Assembly: GCA_043778225.1 (NCBI GenBank)
Contig: JAYWGM010000101.1
Span: 1 to 64,000 of the forward strand
From: Deinococcales bacterium
GTDB lineage: Bacteria > Deinococcota > Deinococci > Deinococcales > JAAFIG01
Length of the DNA: 64,000 nt
Direction: 5' to 3'
A program made the position numbers and the translations under genes. The notes under the pieces are model-generated. The model was not told where the DNA came from, searched no databases, and was given only the letters and a program-made list of their open reading frames with translations. This document shows positions 1 through 10,359 of the stretch, piece after piece. The first letter of the stretch is position 1. Every line of letters begins with the position of its first letter.

Positions 1-30
1 ACCAATCAGGTGATACACTTCTAAAGCTAT

Positions 31-112
31 GCCGAAGTGGCGGAATGGTAGACGCACCCGACTCAAAATCGGACGGGAAACCGTGGGGGTTCGAGTCCCC
101 CCTTCGGCACCA
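31..112 (+). tRNA. tRNA-Leu (anticodon CAA)
   Basis: GCCGAAG acceptor stem pairs with CTTCGGC; D-loop GGAATGGTAGAC; anticodon arm CCGA-CTCAAAA-TCGG (CAA at 64-66); long variable arm; GGTTCGAGTCC T-loop; encoded CCA end. Confidence 0.96.
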
Positions 113-130
113 GCCTTTTTAAGGACAATC

Positions 131-367
131 ATGACAATCATTTTTTGGGTTTTACTGCTTATTTTTATCCTCACGGCTGCCAGCCTGATTTATTTGGTGC
201 TGCTCCAAGAACCCAAGCAGGGTGGTTTGACCTCGACCATGGGTGGCGGCGGTGCTTCGGATTTTATGAGCGGACGCGGCGCTTCGGGTGGCTTGGTCAC
301 ACTGACGGTTTATGGTGGCGCGGTCTTCATTGTTTTAGCAATTGCGCTGAATTTAATTCGTTTGTAA
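131..367 (+). CDS. secG: Preprotein translocase subunit SecG
   Basis: AAGGA RBS before ATG at 131; two TM helices flanking the VLLQEPKQGGL...GG motif typical of SecG. Confidence 0.9.
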   Translation: MTIIFWVLLLIFILTAASLIYLVLLQEPKQGGLTSTMGGGGASDFMSGRGASGGLVTLTVYGGAVFIVLAIALNLIRL

Positions 368-489
368 AGCAATAACGGCTATCACTATTAGGTCTCGAGT
401 TTCTTCGAGGCTTTGTTTTTGTGTCAAGGCTGTGTCAAGAAATGCGTTTCGGCGCGTCATATACGTTAAAAAAGCCTAAGCCAAATGGC

Positions 490-518
490 TTGACGTTCAT
501 CGGGCAGCCTGATATGTT
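490..518 (+). promoter_or_regulatory. Sigma-70-type promoter of the peptide ABC operon
   Basis: TTGACG (490-495), 17-nt spacer, TATGTT (513-518). Confidence 0.55.
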
Positions 519-609
519 TACATGGTTAGCACAACTCAGGCTTTTGCTTTGAGACCCAAAATACTCGAGACGAGCCTTTTGGTAATGGCTACACCTTTAG
601 GAGGATGGC

Positions 610-2367
610 ATGAAGAAAGCATTGGTAGCAATAGCTGCATTGGCGTTTGGGAGCAGCGCCGCAGCACAAGCGTTTGTTCACCCCGCAAAGTGGAGCGCCA
701 CAACGCCCGCCGAAGCAAAACGTGGTGGTACACTTCGCGATTTTTCGATTTCGGAATTTAAGACCTTTAACCCGTTCACATCATCAGAAGCCTCCAATAT
801 TCCAGATGAAATCTCATCTAATGGTAATGGTTTCTTGAGATTTGATACGGCAGCCAATGATTACGTGCCGTTCATGGCTTCGTCGTACACTGTCTCGCCA
901 GATAAATTGGTTTGGACATTTAACGTCCGTAAAGGTATGAAGTGGTCTGATGGTAAGCCAATTGTAGCTGATGATTGGGTCACAACTTTTAAGATTCACA
1001 CTGATGAAGATGTGGGTTCTAACAGCTACGACGGCTTTTTTATCAACGATAAGCCCATTGTTGTTTCCAAAGTAGATGACGATACAGTGCGTATTTTGTT
1101 CCCAACTGTGGATGCGACAGCAGTCGCCCAAGCGGGTTTTGCTCCTTGGCCTTCACATATTTTTGCACCTGTATATGCCAGTAAAGGTGCAGCAGGTATC
1201 AAAGCCATGTGGTCATTGTCCACCAAACCATCTGAAATTATTTCTAGTGGTGCTTTCAAACTCGAGAGTTACCGCACTGGCGAACGTGCAACACTCGAAC
1301 GTAACCCATTTTATGGCGAATGGAATAAAGACAGTGCTGGTGGTGCATTGCCGTACTTAGAAAACTATACTTTTAATATCGTTAAAGACCAAAACGCAGC
1401 TTTAGCAGCTTATTTGTCTGGTTCGATTGATACTTTTGGTGTTCGTGGAGCAGATGATTTGCGTCAAATTAAGGCTGCTACCGACAGTGGTGGTCTGAAA
1501 GCCGTCTTGCGTCCTAACATTGGTGCAGCCGCCTCGAGCCAATGGATTGTTTGGAACTGGAATCGTAAGTCTGATCCTTTCAAGCAAAAACTTTTCCGCG
1601 ATGCTAACTTCCGTCGTGCCATGAGTCACGTCACCAACCGCACTGCTATGGCAACTATTGTGCTTGGTGGTTTGGGTCAACCAGCTTACACCAGCGTTTA
1701 TGCGGCGTTTACCCAATGGATTTCACCAACAGCCAAGAAATTTGATTACAATCTTGAAGCTGCGGCTGGTTTGCTCTCGAAAATCGGTTTCTCCAAGAAA
1801 AACAGCGATGGCTACTTGGTCAACCGCGAAGGTAAGGTTCTCGAGTTTGACTTGAACACCAACGCAGGAAACACCACCCGTGAAGCCTACGGTAAAATCT
1901 TCACCGACGAAGCTAAAAAGATTGGTGTGAAGGTCAATTTCCGTCCAATTGACTTTAATACTTTGGTTGCGAGCTTAACCTCAGAAGGCGAAGACCGTAA
2001 GTTTGATTCGATTCTGCTTGGTTTATCTGGTGGAAGCCGTATTTACCCACTGGGTCAGAATGTTGAACCATGCGGTACAAACCTCCACGCCTTTAACACT
2101 TCGGGTAAGTGCCTTGCTCCTTGGGAAACCCAAGTCACAGCCCTTTACGCCCGTGGTCGTCAGGAACTCGACACCACCAAGCGTGTAGCGATTGCTAAGC
2201 AAGTCCAAGATGTACAAAGCAATGAACAAGCATGGGTGTATTTGGTTTCACCAAACGTTCACTTCACTTGGAATGCCCGTGTGCGTGGCGAACTCCCAAC
2301 GGCAATTGCCAGTTCGATTAACGGTTCAAGAACCGATGATTTGGCTTTGACTTGGATTGCACAATAA
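610..2367 (+). CDS. Peptide/nickel ABC transporter substrate-binding protein (family 5)
   Basis: Signal peptide; GGTL...KTFNPF; WTFNVRKGMKWSDGKP family-5 motif; GGAGG RBS. Confidence 0.93.
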   Translation: MKKALVAIAALAFGSSAAAQAFVHPAKWSATTPAEAKRGGTLRDFSISEFKTFNPFTSSEASNIPDEISSNGNGFLRFDTAANDYVPFMASSYTVSPDKLVWTFNVRKGMKWSDGKPIVADDWVTTFKIHTDEDVGSNSYDGFFINDKPIVVSKVDDDTVRILFPTVDATAVAQAGFAPWPSHIFAPVYASKGAAGIKAMWSLSTKPSEIISSGAFKLESYRTGERATLERNPFYGEWNKDSAGGALPYLENYTFNIVKDQNAALAAYLSGSIDTFGVRGADDLRQIKAATDSGGLKAVLRPNIGAAASSQWIVWNWNRKSDPFKQKLFRDANFRRAMSHVTNRTAMATIVLGGLGQPAYTSVYAAFTQWISPTAKKFDYNLEAAAGLLSKIGFSKKNSDGYLVNREGKVLEFDLNTNAGNTTREAYGKIFTDEAKKIGVKVNFRPIDFNTLVASLTSEGEDRKFDSILLGLSGGSRIYPLGQNVEPCGTNLHAFNTSGKCLAPWETQVTALYARGRQELDTTKRVAIAKQVQDVQSNEQAWVYLVSPNVHFTWNARVRGELPTAIASSINGSRTDDLALTWIAQ

Positions 2368-2379
2368 GTTTACTACTGT

Positions 2380-2403
2380 GTGGGGCGGAAAATTCCGCCC
2401 CAC
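2380..2403 (+). terminator. Intercistronic stem-loop after the SBP gene (mRNA stabiliser or partial terminator)
   Basis: GTGGGGCGGAA-AA-TTCCGCCCCAC perfect 11-bp stem. Confidence 0.7.
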
Positions 2404-2426
2404 TTAAATAAAAAGAGAGTTCTTAA

Positions 2427-3410
2427 ATGCTTGGATTTATAGCCCGTCGTTTTCTTAATTTAATCCCTGTTTTTATCGGGGCTACAATGCTGGTTTTTTT
2501 ATTGATTCAGGCAGCCCCCGGCAATTTTTTGGATGAACGTAAACTAGATGCCCGTACCACAGCCACAACCATTGAACGACTCGAGCGACAATTTGGTTTA
2601 GATAAGAGTTTGCCAGAACAATATGCGCTTTGGTTGGGAAATTTTGTAACTGGCAATCTTGGAATTTCTTTTGATAGCAATATCGCCGTTTGGGATTTAA
2701 TTGCCCCGAAAATTGGCAACAGCGCCATTTTGGTTTTTGGCGAACTGATTTTACTCTACTTAATTGCCGTCCCTATTGGTATTTATGGTGCAGTCCGACA
2801 GTATAGCCTCGGCGATAAAGTGATGAGTTTGGTTTCGTACTTCTTTATTGGCTTTCCATCATTTTTCTTGGCACTGCTAATCATCTTTGGGCTGGTCTGG
2901 TTTAAGCTGCGAACAGGATCGTTTTTGCTACCTGTCGGTGGTATGACTTCTGAAAATCATGCTTCCATGAGTTTTATCGGTCAAGTTTTGGATATTTTAT
3001 GGCATTTAATTGCACCAATGTTGGCTTTACTTATTGGGGATATTGCGGGTTTATCGCGCACCTTCCGCGCTCAGATGCTCGAGTTTCTCGGTCAGGACTT
3101 TGTGCGAACGGCTCGAGCCAAAGGCTTACCTGAACGGGTTGTCATTTATAAGCACACCTTACGAAATGCGCTAACGCCATTTATTGCGGGTATTGGTGCA
3201 TTGCTACCAGCTATTTTATCGGGGGCTGGCTTTATCGAAGTGGTCTTTAATTGGCCTGGTTTAACCCCCGTTTTTTTAGAAGCTATTAATAGCCAAGATT
3301 TATATGTGCTGTTAAGCACAACCGCTGTTTCCTTGGTTTTATTGGTTATTGGCAATTTAATCTCAGATTTTCTTCTCGCTGTCGTAGACCCACGAATTAG
3401 GTATTTTTAA
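2427..3410 (+). CDS. Peptide ABC transporter permease (OppB/DppB family)
   Basis: FGLDKSLPEQY and DFVRTARAKGL EAA-loop; ends DPRIRY. Confidence 0.93.
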   Translation: MLGFIARRFLNLIPVFIGATMLVFLLIQAAPGNFLDERKLDARTTATTIERLERQFGLDKSLPEQYALWLGNFVTGNLGISFDSNIAVWDLIAPKIGNSAILVFGELILLYLIAVPIGIYGAVRQYSLGDKVMSLVSYFFIGFPSFFLALLIIFGLVWFKLRTGSFLLPVGGMTSENHASMSFIGQVLDILWHLIAPMLALLIGDIAGLSRTFRAQMLEFLGQDFVRTARAKGLPERVVIYKHTLRNALTPFIAGIGALLPAILSGAGFIEVVFNWPGLTPVFLEAINSQDLYVLLSTTAVSLVLLVIGNLISDFLLAVVDPRIRYF

Positions 3411-4564
3411 TGAATAACTCTACTGTCAATTCTATTTCGACCCCTGATGCTCGAGAGGGAATGGCTGCCTACAGCAAGAGTCGTTTACAGGTAGCTTGGG
3501 AGCAGTTTCGCAAGCATCAATTGGCTTTATTTGGCGCTTTGATTTTGTTTGCGATGTATGTTGGCGCGATTTTCTCTCCATTCATCAGTCCCTATGGATT
3601 AACGGAGTACAGTACCAGCAACATCACTCGGTTTCATCCTCCGACACAAGTGCGCTTTTTTGATGAAAAGGGTGCATTTGGTTTTCCTTTTGTCTATGCC
3701 ACAAAATCAGAACTAGACATGACGACTTTTGCCCAAACCTATGTAGAACAGCCAAATATCAAATGTCCAATTCGCTTTTTTGTATCGCGCCCCGAACAGC
3801 CTTACAACTTATTTTTTGTGATTCCCACAAGTATTCGGCTTTTTGCAGTAGACCAGCCTTGCAATATCTTTTTAATGGGGGCAGATTTGTATGGACGTGA
3901 TGTCTTTACACGTTTGTGGTACGGCGCGGCGGTTAGCCTGACGATTGGAATTTTTGCAGTCACCCTCTCAACTGTGATTGGTTTAATCATGGGTGGTCTG
4001 GCTGGATATTATGGGGGTTGGATAGATAACCTTGTGATGCGCTTTATTGAGATTATTGGCGCAATTCCAGGATTATTTTTGTTGCTGACATTGACCTCGG
4101 TGTTACCCCAAGACATTAACCCTTTGCTGGTTTTTTACAGCATCATTTTTTTGCTTGGGTTAATTGGTTGGGGGGGATTAGCACGAACCGTTCGTTCGCA
4201 AATTAGTGCGCTTCGTGAATCGGATATGGTCCAAGCTGCCACAGCCTTAGGTGCTTCAGAAGCCAGAGTTATCGCTGTTCATATGTTGCCAATTACTTTT
4301 TCGCTCTTAATTGTCGGTTTGTCGCTTGGCATTCCAGGTGCAATTCTGGCAGAATCAGGATTGTCTTTTTTGGGTAGGGGAATTCGTGAGCCATACTCGA
4401 GTTGGGGTTCAATGATTGCCCAAGCGCAAGAAGGTGGATTTTCTAGCATTGCTTACCGACCTTGGATGCTAATCCCCGGATTCTTTATTGTGATTGCTGT
4501 CCTGTGCTGGCAATTCTTGGGCGATGGTTTGCGCGATGCACTAGACCCTCGAAAGCGCCAGTAA
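3410..4564 (+). CDS. Peptide ABC transporter permease (OppC/DppC family)
   Basis: [31 protein letters not shown] motifs. Confidence 0.93.
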   Translation: MNNSTVNSISTPDAREGMAAYSKSRLQVAWEQFRKHQLALFGALILFAMYVGAIFSPFISPYGLTEYSTSNITRFHPPTQVRFFDEKGAFGFPFVYATKSELDMTTFAQTYVEQPNIKCPIRFFVSRPEQPYNLFFVIPTSIRLFAVDQPCNIFLMGADLYGRDVFTRLWYGAAVSLTIGIFAVTLSTVIGLIMGGLAGYYGGWIDNLVMRFIEIIGAIPGLFLLLTLTSVLPQDINPLLVFYSIIFLLGLIGWGGLARTVRSQISALRESDMVQAATALGASEARVIAVHMLPITFSLLIVGLSLGIPGAILAESGLSFLGRGIREPYSSWGSMIAQAQEGGFSSIAYRPWMLIPGFFIVIAVLCWQFLGDGLRDALDPRKRQ

Positions 4565-4652
4565 GGCTGATGGTGCAAGCGCCCACAAAGCCGACTATCT
4601 AAGCGCCAATCATGGTAGATTGACCGATATTCTTTTTTGGAGGATTCTAATT

Positions 4653-5669
4653 ATGGCAAATACGCCCAGCAGCAGCGAAACGCTGGTTGAGGTCAACAAC
4701 CTCAAAACCTATTTTTACACCGACGAAGGCGTGGTCAAAAGCGTAGACGGTGTGACCTTCCACATTCAAAAAGGCGAGACCTTGGCGGTGGTCGGCGAGT
4801 CTGGCAGTGGTAAAAGCGTTACCAGCCTGAGCATCATGCGTCTCATCCCTAGCCCTCCCGGTAAAATCGTGGATGGCACGGTCATTTTTCGTGGACGAGA
4901 TGGGGTTGCTAAAGACCTGACCAAGGTTTCTGAAGCCGAAATGCGAAAAATTCGTGGCAACGAAGTCTCGATGATTTTCCAAGAACCAATGACCAGCCTA
5001 AATCCGGTCTATACGGTCGGCGACCAAATTGCCGAAGCGGTGGTACTGCACCAGAATAAATCCAAAAAAGAAGCCATGGAAGTCGCCATCACGATGCTCG
5101 AGTTGGTTGGTATCCCCGAGCCACGCCGCCGTGTAACCAATTATCCACATCAGATGTCTGGCGGTATGCGCCAACGGGTAATGATTGCCATGGCGCTCAG
5201 TTGCAATCCAGCCCTGCTGATTGCCGACGAACCAACTACAGCACTGGACGTAACGATTCAAGCCCAGATTTTAGACCTGATGCGTAAACTGCAACGTGAA
5301 ATCGGCATGAGTATTTTGTTTATTACCCACAATCTTGGGGTGGTTGCCGAAATGGCAGACCGCGTGGTCGTGATGTACGGCGGTCGAGTGGTCGAAGAAG
5401 GCGATGTGGTCGAGATTTTTAAGCGCCCTAAGCACCCGTACACGATGGGTCTACTGAACAGCATTCCTCGAGTAGACCATGCCATTATGGATCAAAAGCG
5501 GCTTGAGGCAATCCCCGGCAATGTGCCAAACCCACTGTACTTACCGAGTGGCTGCGCTTTTCATCCGCGCTGTAAATATGCGATAGATGCCTGTAAAGAA
5601 GCGATTCCAGCACTCGAGGACACGGGTACCGGACATATGAGCCGTTGTATTCGTTGGAAGGAGCTTTAA
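4653..5669 (+). CDS. Peptide ABC transporter ATPase (OppD/DppD family)
   Basis: GESGSGKS Walker [17 protein letters not shown]-terminal [16 protein letters not shown] before ATG at 4653. Confidence 0.94.
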   Translation: MANTPSSSETLVEVNNLKTYFYTDEGVVKSVDGVTFHIQKGETLAVVGESGSGKSVTSLSIMRLIPSPPGKIVDGTVIFRGRDGVAKDLTKVSEAEMRKIRGNEVSMIFQEPMTSLNPVYTVGDQIAEAVVLHQNKSKKEAMEVAITMLELVGIPEPRRRVTNYPHQMSGGMRQRVMIAMALSCNPALLIADEPTTALDVTIQAQILDLMRKLQREIGMSILFITHNLGVVAEMADRVVVMYGGRVVEEGDVVEIFKRPKHPYTMGLLNSIPRVDHAIMDQKRLEAIPGNVPNPLYLPSGCAFHPRCKYAIDACKEAIPALEDTGTGHMSRCIRWKEL

Positions 5670-5670
5670 G

Positions 5671-6684
5671 ATGACTGCACCTGTTCTTGATAAAAAACCG
5701 ATAGCGACTTCGGACGTGCCGCTTCTCGAGGTCAATAATCTGGTCAAATACTTTCCGATTCGCGGTGGCTTGTTGTCTCGAGTCGTGGCTAATGTCAAAG
5801 CAGTCAGCGACATTAGCTTTAAGATTGCCAAAGGCGAAGTCTTGGGCTTGGTTGGCGAATCTGGCTCGGGTAAAACCACCGCCGGACGGGCTTTATTGCG
5901 TTTAATTGAACCAACTTCGGGCGAAGTCAAGTTTAATGGCGTGGATGTCGTAAAGCTCTCAAAAACCGAGATGCGCGAGTACCGCAAAGAAATGCAGATT
6001 ATTTTCCAAGACCCATTTGCCAGCCTGAACCCACGCATGACGGTTGGCGATATTATTGGCGAAGCACTTTTAATTCATAATCTCGCCAAAGGGCAGGCTC
6101 GAGTTGACCGCGTTGCTGATTTGCTCAAGCGGGTCGGACTTAGCCCCGACCATATGCGCCGCTATCCACACGAATTTAGCGGTGGTCAGCGCCAGCGAAT
6201 TGGGATTGCTCGAGCCTTGGCAGTTGACCCTAAGTTTATTGTGGCAGACGAGCCAGTTTCGGCATTGGATGTTTCGATTCAAGCCCAAGTGGTGAATTTA
6301 CTCGAGGATTTACAGCGCGATTTGGATTTAACGCTCTTGTTTATTGCCCACGATCTTGGTGTGGTCGAGTACATCTGCGACCGTGTGGTGGTGATGTACC
6401 TTGGTAAAATCATGGAAGTTGCCCCTAGCCGCGAGTTGTACACCAACCCTAAGCACCCCTACACCGAAGCATTGTTAAGTGCCGCGCCAATTCCAGACCC
6501 GACCATCAAACGTGAGCGAATTATTCTCGAGGGCGATATTCCTTCGCCCATCAACCCGCCCAGTGGTTGTGTTTTCCGCACCCGTTGTCGCTATAAAATT
6601 ACCGAATGTGAACACACCGTTCCAGAACTTAAAGAAGTTGCCCCGGGGCATTTCAAAGCCTGTATCCGCGACGACGTTTTGTAA
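5671..6684 (+). CDS. Peptide ABC transporter ATPase (OppF/DppF family)
   Basis: [37 protein letters not shown]. Confidence 0.94.
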   Translation: MTAPVLDKKPIATSDVPLLEVNNLVKYFPIRGGLLSRVVANVKAVSDISFKIAKGEVLGLVGESGSGKTTAGRALLRLIEPTSGEVKFNGVDVVKLSKTEMREYRKEMQIIFQDPFASLNPRMTVGDIIGEALLIHNLAKGQARVDRVADLLKRVGLSPDHMRRYPHEFSGGQRQRIGIARALAVDPKFIVADEPVSALDVSIQAQVVNLLEDLQRDLDLTLLFIAHDLGVVEYICDRVVVMYLGKIMEVAPSRELYTNPKHPYTEALLSAAPIPDPTIKRERIILEGDIPSPINPPSGCVFRTRCRYKITECEHTVPELKEVAPGHFKACIRDDVL

Positions 6685-6698
6685 ATTCTCGAGCCAAA

Positions 6699-6729
6699 AA
6701 AAGCAGCAAGCAAATCGCTTGCTGCTTTT
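6699..6729. terminator. Bidirectional intrinsic terminator between convergent genes
   Basis: AAAAGCAGCAAGC-AAATC-GCTTGCTGCTTTT, with A and T tracts on both sides. Confidence 0.85.
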
Positions 6730-6733
6730 GAAT

Positions 6734-7093
6734 TTACATATTAAAACCAAACATCCGCATTTGGCGCTTGCCATCCTCGGACATTTTGCTGGGGGTCCAT
6801 GGTGGAGTCCAGACAAAATCTACGGTCACGGCTTCGACTCCCTCGAGCCGCATCAGGGCAAGTTCGACATCAGCCCGAATCATGTCTTGGACAGGGCAAC
6901 CAACCGAAGTTAAAGTCATTTCGACATCCACCACGCCAGAATCGCTAACCACAACCTTGTAGACCAAGCCCAAATCCACCACATTGACGGGGATTTCGGG
7001 GTCTTTAACGACTTTCATTGCCTCGAGAATTTGTTCCTCGGAGGGGATAGGATGATTTTGGGGGATGGTTGGTTCTGCTGTTGCTTGGGTCAT
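6734..7093 (-). CDS. Metal-sulfur cluster assembly factor (DUF59/SufT/PaaD-like)
   Basis: VKDPEIPVNVVDLGLVY, MTLTSVGCP, VWTPPWT motifs. Confidence 0.9.
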   Translation of the reverse strand: MTQATAEPTIPQNHPIPSEEQILEAMKVVKDPEIPVNVVDLGLVYKVVVSDSGVVDVEMTLTSVGCPVQDMIRADVELALMRLEGVEAVTVDFVWTPPWTPSKMSEDGKRQMRMFGFNM

Positions 7094-7103
7094 ATTTGCT
7101 CCT

Positions 7104-7127
7104 AGGTGAGGCGTGCCTCACCTCTAC
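7104..7127 (-). repeat. GTAG-type REP-like palindrome
   Basis: Minus strand reads GTAG-AGGTGAGGC-AC-GCCTCACCT. Confidence 0.45.
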
Positions 7128-7130
7128 GGT

Positions 7131-7436
7131 TTAGGATTCAGTTGGTAGACCGTCGGCTATCCAAGCGTTGATGCCGCCCTCGAGGTTTGAGACTTTATAG
7201 CCATGTTGGGCAGCAAACTGGGCAGCTTGGGCGCTGCGAACGCCACCCGCACAAATCAGCACGATTTCCTTTTCGGTTGGCATTTCGCTGTAGCGGGTCT
7301 GAAATTCTGACAACGGAATCAGGGTCGCGTTGGGCGCATGAACCGCATCCCATTCGTCTTGTTCGCGGACATCCACAAGGACTGCGCCAGACTCGAGACG
7401 GCTTTGGGCTTCTAGGGGTGTAATTCGGTCAAACAC
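7131..7436 (-). CDS. Rhodanese-like domain protein
   Basis: LVDVREQDEW, ICAGGVRS active-site loop, NLEGGINAW. Confidence 0.92.
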   Translation of the reverse strand: MFDRITPLEAQSRLESGAVLVDVREQDEWDAVHAPNATLIPLSEFQTRYSEMPTEKEIVLICAGGVRSAQAAQFAAQHGYKVSNLEGGINAWIADGLPTES

Positions 7437-7503
7437 GCGCCTAGCTTACTCGAGAAAGCAAAGGGCGTGTGTCTTTCATAAAACCTTGTAGAATTAGGGT
7501 CTG

Positions 7504-7950
7504 ATGACTCCAAAATCTTATGCCCGTAGTTTTGCCATGCACCGCGCTGCGCTGATTGAATTGCTCGAGAAAATTCCAGCCGAACAGGCTGATTTTAAGG
7601 CTTGGGACGGTGGCATGAGCTTTACCCGACTTGCCGACCACTTATCTGGCTCGAGCATCCGAATGGGAAAAATGCTGCATGGCGAAAAACCTGAGCCAAT
7701 CGAACCCAGCCCCGATTTTGCGGCGGCAATCGAACGCCTCAAAACAAATCTAGCCGATACCCAAGCGATGCTCCAGGGCATGACTCCCGAGGGCTTACAA
7801 AAAATCGTGCCAGCCTTTGGTGGGCGTGAAATGCCAATCGCCAATATGGTTGATTTTTTAATCCAACACGAAGCACACCACAAAGGACAGGTCTGGATGA
7901 TGGCACGGATGGTTGGAATTGAACCACAGATGTTTATCAAGATGGGTTAG
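7504..7950 (+). CDS. DinB/YfiT-family protein
   Basis: MSFTRLADHL and HEAHHKGQ metal-binding motif. Confidence 0.88.
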   Translation: MTPKSYARSFAMHRAALIELLEKIPAEQADFKAWDGGMSFTRLADHLSGSSIRMGKMLHGEKPEPIEPSPDFAAAIERLKTNLADTQAMLQGMTPEGLQKIVPAFGGREMPIANMVDFLIQHEAHHKGQVWMMARMVGIEPQMFIKMG

Positions 7951-8162
7951 TCTTTTTTGAGTTCGAGCAGCACCGCGTTTTTAACACCTTCACCAAAAAA
8001 GACCACGCCCGCGTTCAGCACACACAGCGCCAATGTGCCGTACCAAAACCACGGCTCATTGGCATTTTTAGCTCGAGCCGCATCGAGCGCTAAACTTGTG
8101 CCAAAGCCAATTAAACTTAGACCAAGCGGCGAATACAGCATCCATTTTACTCGAGGTGTCAT
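7947..8162 (-). CDS. Small two-TM membrane protein of unknown function
   Basis: TATAAT 6 nt before ATG at 8162; two hydrophobic segments. Confidence 0.65.
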   Translation of the reverse strand: MTPRVKWMLYSPLGLSLIGFGTSLALDAARAKNANEPWFWYGTLALCVLNAGVVFFGEGVKNAVLLELKKD

Positions 8163-8176
8163 GCACAAATTATAGT

Positions 8177-8278
8177 GCGTCATCGGTGGGTCATGGCACC
8201 TGATGGGCATCCCTTAAAGCTGCTTCCTTCCGGACCTGACTTGGTTCGAGAGCCATCACCGCATAACGCCGATGACGC
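8177..8278 (-). ncRNA. ffs: Signal recognition particle RNA (4.5S)
   Basis: Minus strand contains GTCAGGTCCGGAAGGAAGCAGC (SRP domain IV); ends pair (GCGTCATCGG/CCGATGACGC); TATACT -10 box just upstream. Confidence 0.95.
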
Positions 8279-8322
8279 GGGCAGGAGTATATGTCATTGC
8301 TGGGGTGCTTTACAATGGGTTC

Positions 8323-8856
8323 GTGAACCCGAAACTCGAGGTGCGCCCAATGCTCGAGATGCAGCCCAAAGACTGGGCGCAGTTCTATCGGTATTTTCGG
8401 GATAAAGAAATCGCCCAGTTAAACGGTGCGAATCCGATTTTTATGCCGCTTTGGTTATTCAAAAACATTGTTGTTGGCGAAGAAAAAAGTGGTGAGCGCA
8501 TTGGCTTAGCGATTTATTTTGACCAGATTTTTATTGGCAGCATCGAATTTTACGATATTCGTCAGCAGCCCAAAACGGCAGTGCTTGGGGTGCTGATTGG
8601 TGAAAAATCGCTTTGGGGAAAAGGCTTAGGGACACAAGCCTTGCGTTTGGCGCTCGAGTTTATTTTTAACAAAGATTTTGAGCGCATCAGCCTCGAGACC
8701 CTAGAAGACAACCAACGCGCCCGCTCGAGTTTTGAAAAAAATGGCTTTCGTTTTATTGGCACAAGCGACGCTGGCAAGCGCCGTTTTGCTAAATATGAAT
8801 TGTCGCGCAGGATGTGGCTCGAGTTATTTACAAGCCCAGCAAATCGTCAAAGCTGA
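8323..8856 (+). CDS. GNAT N-acetyltransferase (RimJ/RimL-like)
   Basis: IGEKSLWGKGLGT motif A and N-x-RA...FEKNGF; TACAAT 6 nt before GTG at 8323. Confidence 0.85.
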   Translation: MNPKLEVRPMLEMQPKDWAQFYRYFRDKEIAQLNGANPIFMPLWLFKNIVVGEEKSGERIGLAIYFDQIFIGSIEFYDIRQQPKTAVLGVLIGEKSLWGKGLGTQALRLALEFIFNKDFERISLETLEDNQRARSSFEKNGFRFIGTSDAGKRRFAKYELSRRMWLELFTSPANRQS

Positions 8857-10276
8857 GCGCTGCTTGGATTTTCTCGAGTCCCTCGCGTGGTTTTTTGCTT
8901 TGGGTTACTTCGAGTTTTTGATGGCGGCGCTTGGCTGTACCTTCTTCGAGTGTGTCTTTAGAAACCATCTCGATTAACTTAGCGCGTTTGCCAGGACGCG
9001 CCCGCAAAATTCGCCCAAGGCGCTGAACGTGTTCTCGGTGCGAACCCGTACCACTTAGCACCACCGCCAGACTGGCTTCTGGCACATCCACACCTTCGTT
9101 CAAAACCCGTGAAGCCACCAAGACTGGGTACACGCCACTGCGGAAGTTCTCGAGGATGCTGTGGCGTTCTTTGACTGGCGTTTGGTGGGTGATGGCTGGA
9201 ATCAAGAGTTTTCTAGAAATATCGTAGACCGTTTCGTTGTCGTCGGTAAAAATCAGGGTTCGTTCCTCGAGATGGTCTTGCAGCACCGTGTCAAGCATCC
9301 GAAGTTTAGCATCGCTGGCTTTGGATAAGCGTTTGAGTTCGCGGTGTGCCAACATGGCGCGGCGACCATCTGGGGTTTTAGCCGATTCGCGGATAAACCT
9401 TGACCAACCATCCAAGCCAGATAAACGAATGTTGCGTTTTTTCAAGAAAGCCGTGCGCGTCTCGAGGTGCATGGTGTACTCCTCGCGCTCGGCACTGGAT
9501 AAATCAATGCTCAGCCGCACCAAATCATAAGGCGCAAGCGCCCCACCAGCCAAATCTTCGGGATTGGCACGAAAAGCCACTTGCCCAACCAGTTCTAAAA
9601 TACTCGAGTGTCGCCCATCGGGTCGCTCGAGCGTGGCGGTTAAGCCCAAGCGGTACGGTGCAAGGCTATACTCGGCAATGGTTTTGTATAAATCACCCGC
9701 CAGATGATGGACTTCATCAAAAATCAACAAGCCCCAACGGTTGCCATTGTGTTCGATGAGCCTGTGGGCGCTGTCGTAGGTGCTGATTAAAATGTTTGAT
9801 AAATCCTTCGAGCCGCCACCGTGTAGCCCAATTTCGGTATTCGGAAAAGCAGCTTGTAAATTGGCAAACCACTGGTGCATCAAATCCAAAGTCGGCACAC
9901 AAATCAGGGTACTGCGCTGGGTGCGCTGCATGGCGAGCATCGCCAGAAAACTTTTGCCACTGCCAGTTGGCAGCACCACCACACCTTGCCGCCCAGCTTT
10001 TATCCATGCCTCGAGCGCCGCGCTTTGGTGGGCAAACGGTTTTTGGGTCAGGGCAAGCTGCAAATCTAAGTTCTCGAAGGCTTTGGCTTTATCCTCGAGC
10101 AGCACGTTGTCTTTTCGCAGCCCCTCGAGTAAGCGTCGGTACTGCCAAGCAGGGGCGCGAAGCCGCTCGATGCGGTCGTCCCATTCAGCAATGCCCGCCC
10201 ATGCGCCACTGGACGGCGGCGGATGCAGCAGCAATGTGCCACGGTCAAAGGTAAGTCGCGGCGTGACTCGAGCCAT
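8828..10276 (-). CDS. XPB/Rad25-like superfamily II helicase
   Basis: LPTGSGKS, FDEVHH, LGLTAT, LNEGVDVP, QRLGRILR motifs; N-terminal XPB-like DRD segment. Confidence 0.88.
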   Translation of the reverse strand: MARVTPRLTFDRGTLLLHPPPSSGAWAGIAEWDDRIERLRAPAWQYRRLLEGLRKDNVLLEDKAKAFENLDLQLALTQKPFAHQSAALEAWIKAGRQGVVVLPTGSGKSFLAMLAMQRTQRSTLICVPTLDLMHQWFANLQAAFPNTEIGLHGGGSKDLSNILISTYDSAHRLIEHNGNRWGLLIFDEVHHLAGDLYKTIAEYSLAPYRLGLTATLERPDGRHSSILELVGQVAFRANPEDLAGGALAPYDLVRLSIDLSSAEREEYTMHLETRTAFLKKRNIRLSGLDGWSRFIRESAKTPDGRRAMLAHRELKRLSKASDAKLRMLDTVLQDHLEERTLIFTDDNETVYDISRKLLIPAITHQTPVKERHSILENFRSGVYPVLVASRVLNEGVDVPEASLAVVLSGTGSHREHVQRLGRILRARPGKRAKLIEMVSKDTLEEGTAKRRHQKLEVTQSKKPREGLEKIQAALSFDDLLGL

Positions 10277-10359
10277 GGGGGTATTCTACCTTGAGCCAAG
10301 CACAGATTTTAAGGGCAGAGGTATTTCGGCAGAGGCGACATTAGTAGTAGACTGAGAGC

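Noticed and set aside
29..130. N-terminal extension of the secG ORF
   Set aside because: It runs through tRNA-Leu; the real start is ATG 131 with an RBS.
31..420. tRNA-Leu as an island integration site
   Set aside because: No integrase and no duplicated tRNA 3' end seen in the window; it is followed directly by secG.
8175..8405. ORFs overlapping 8177-8278, including the 8272 start for the GNAT
   Set aside because: The region is SRP RNA and its promoter; the GNAT fits a leaderless GTG at 8323.
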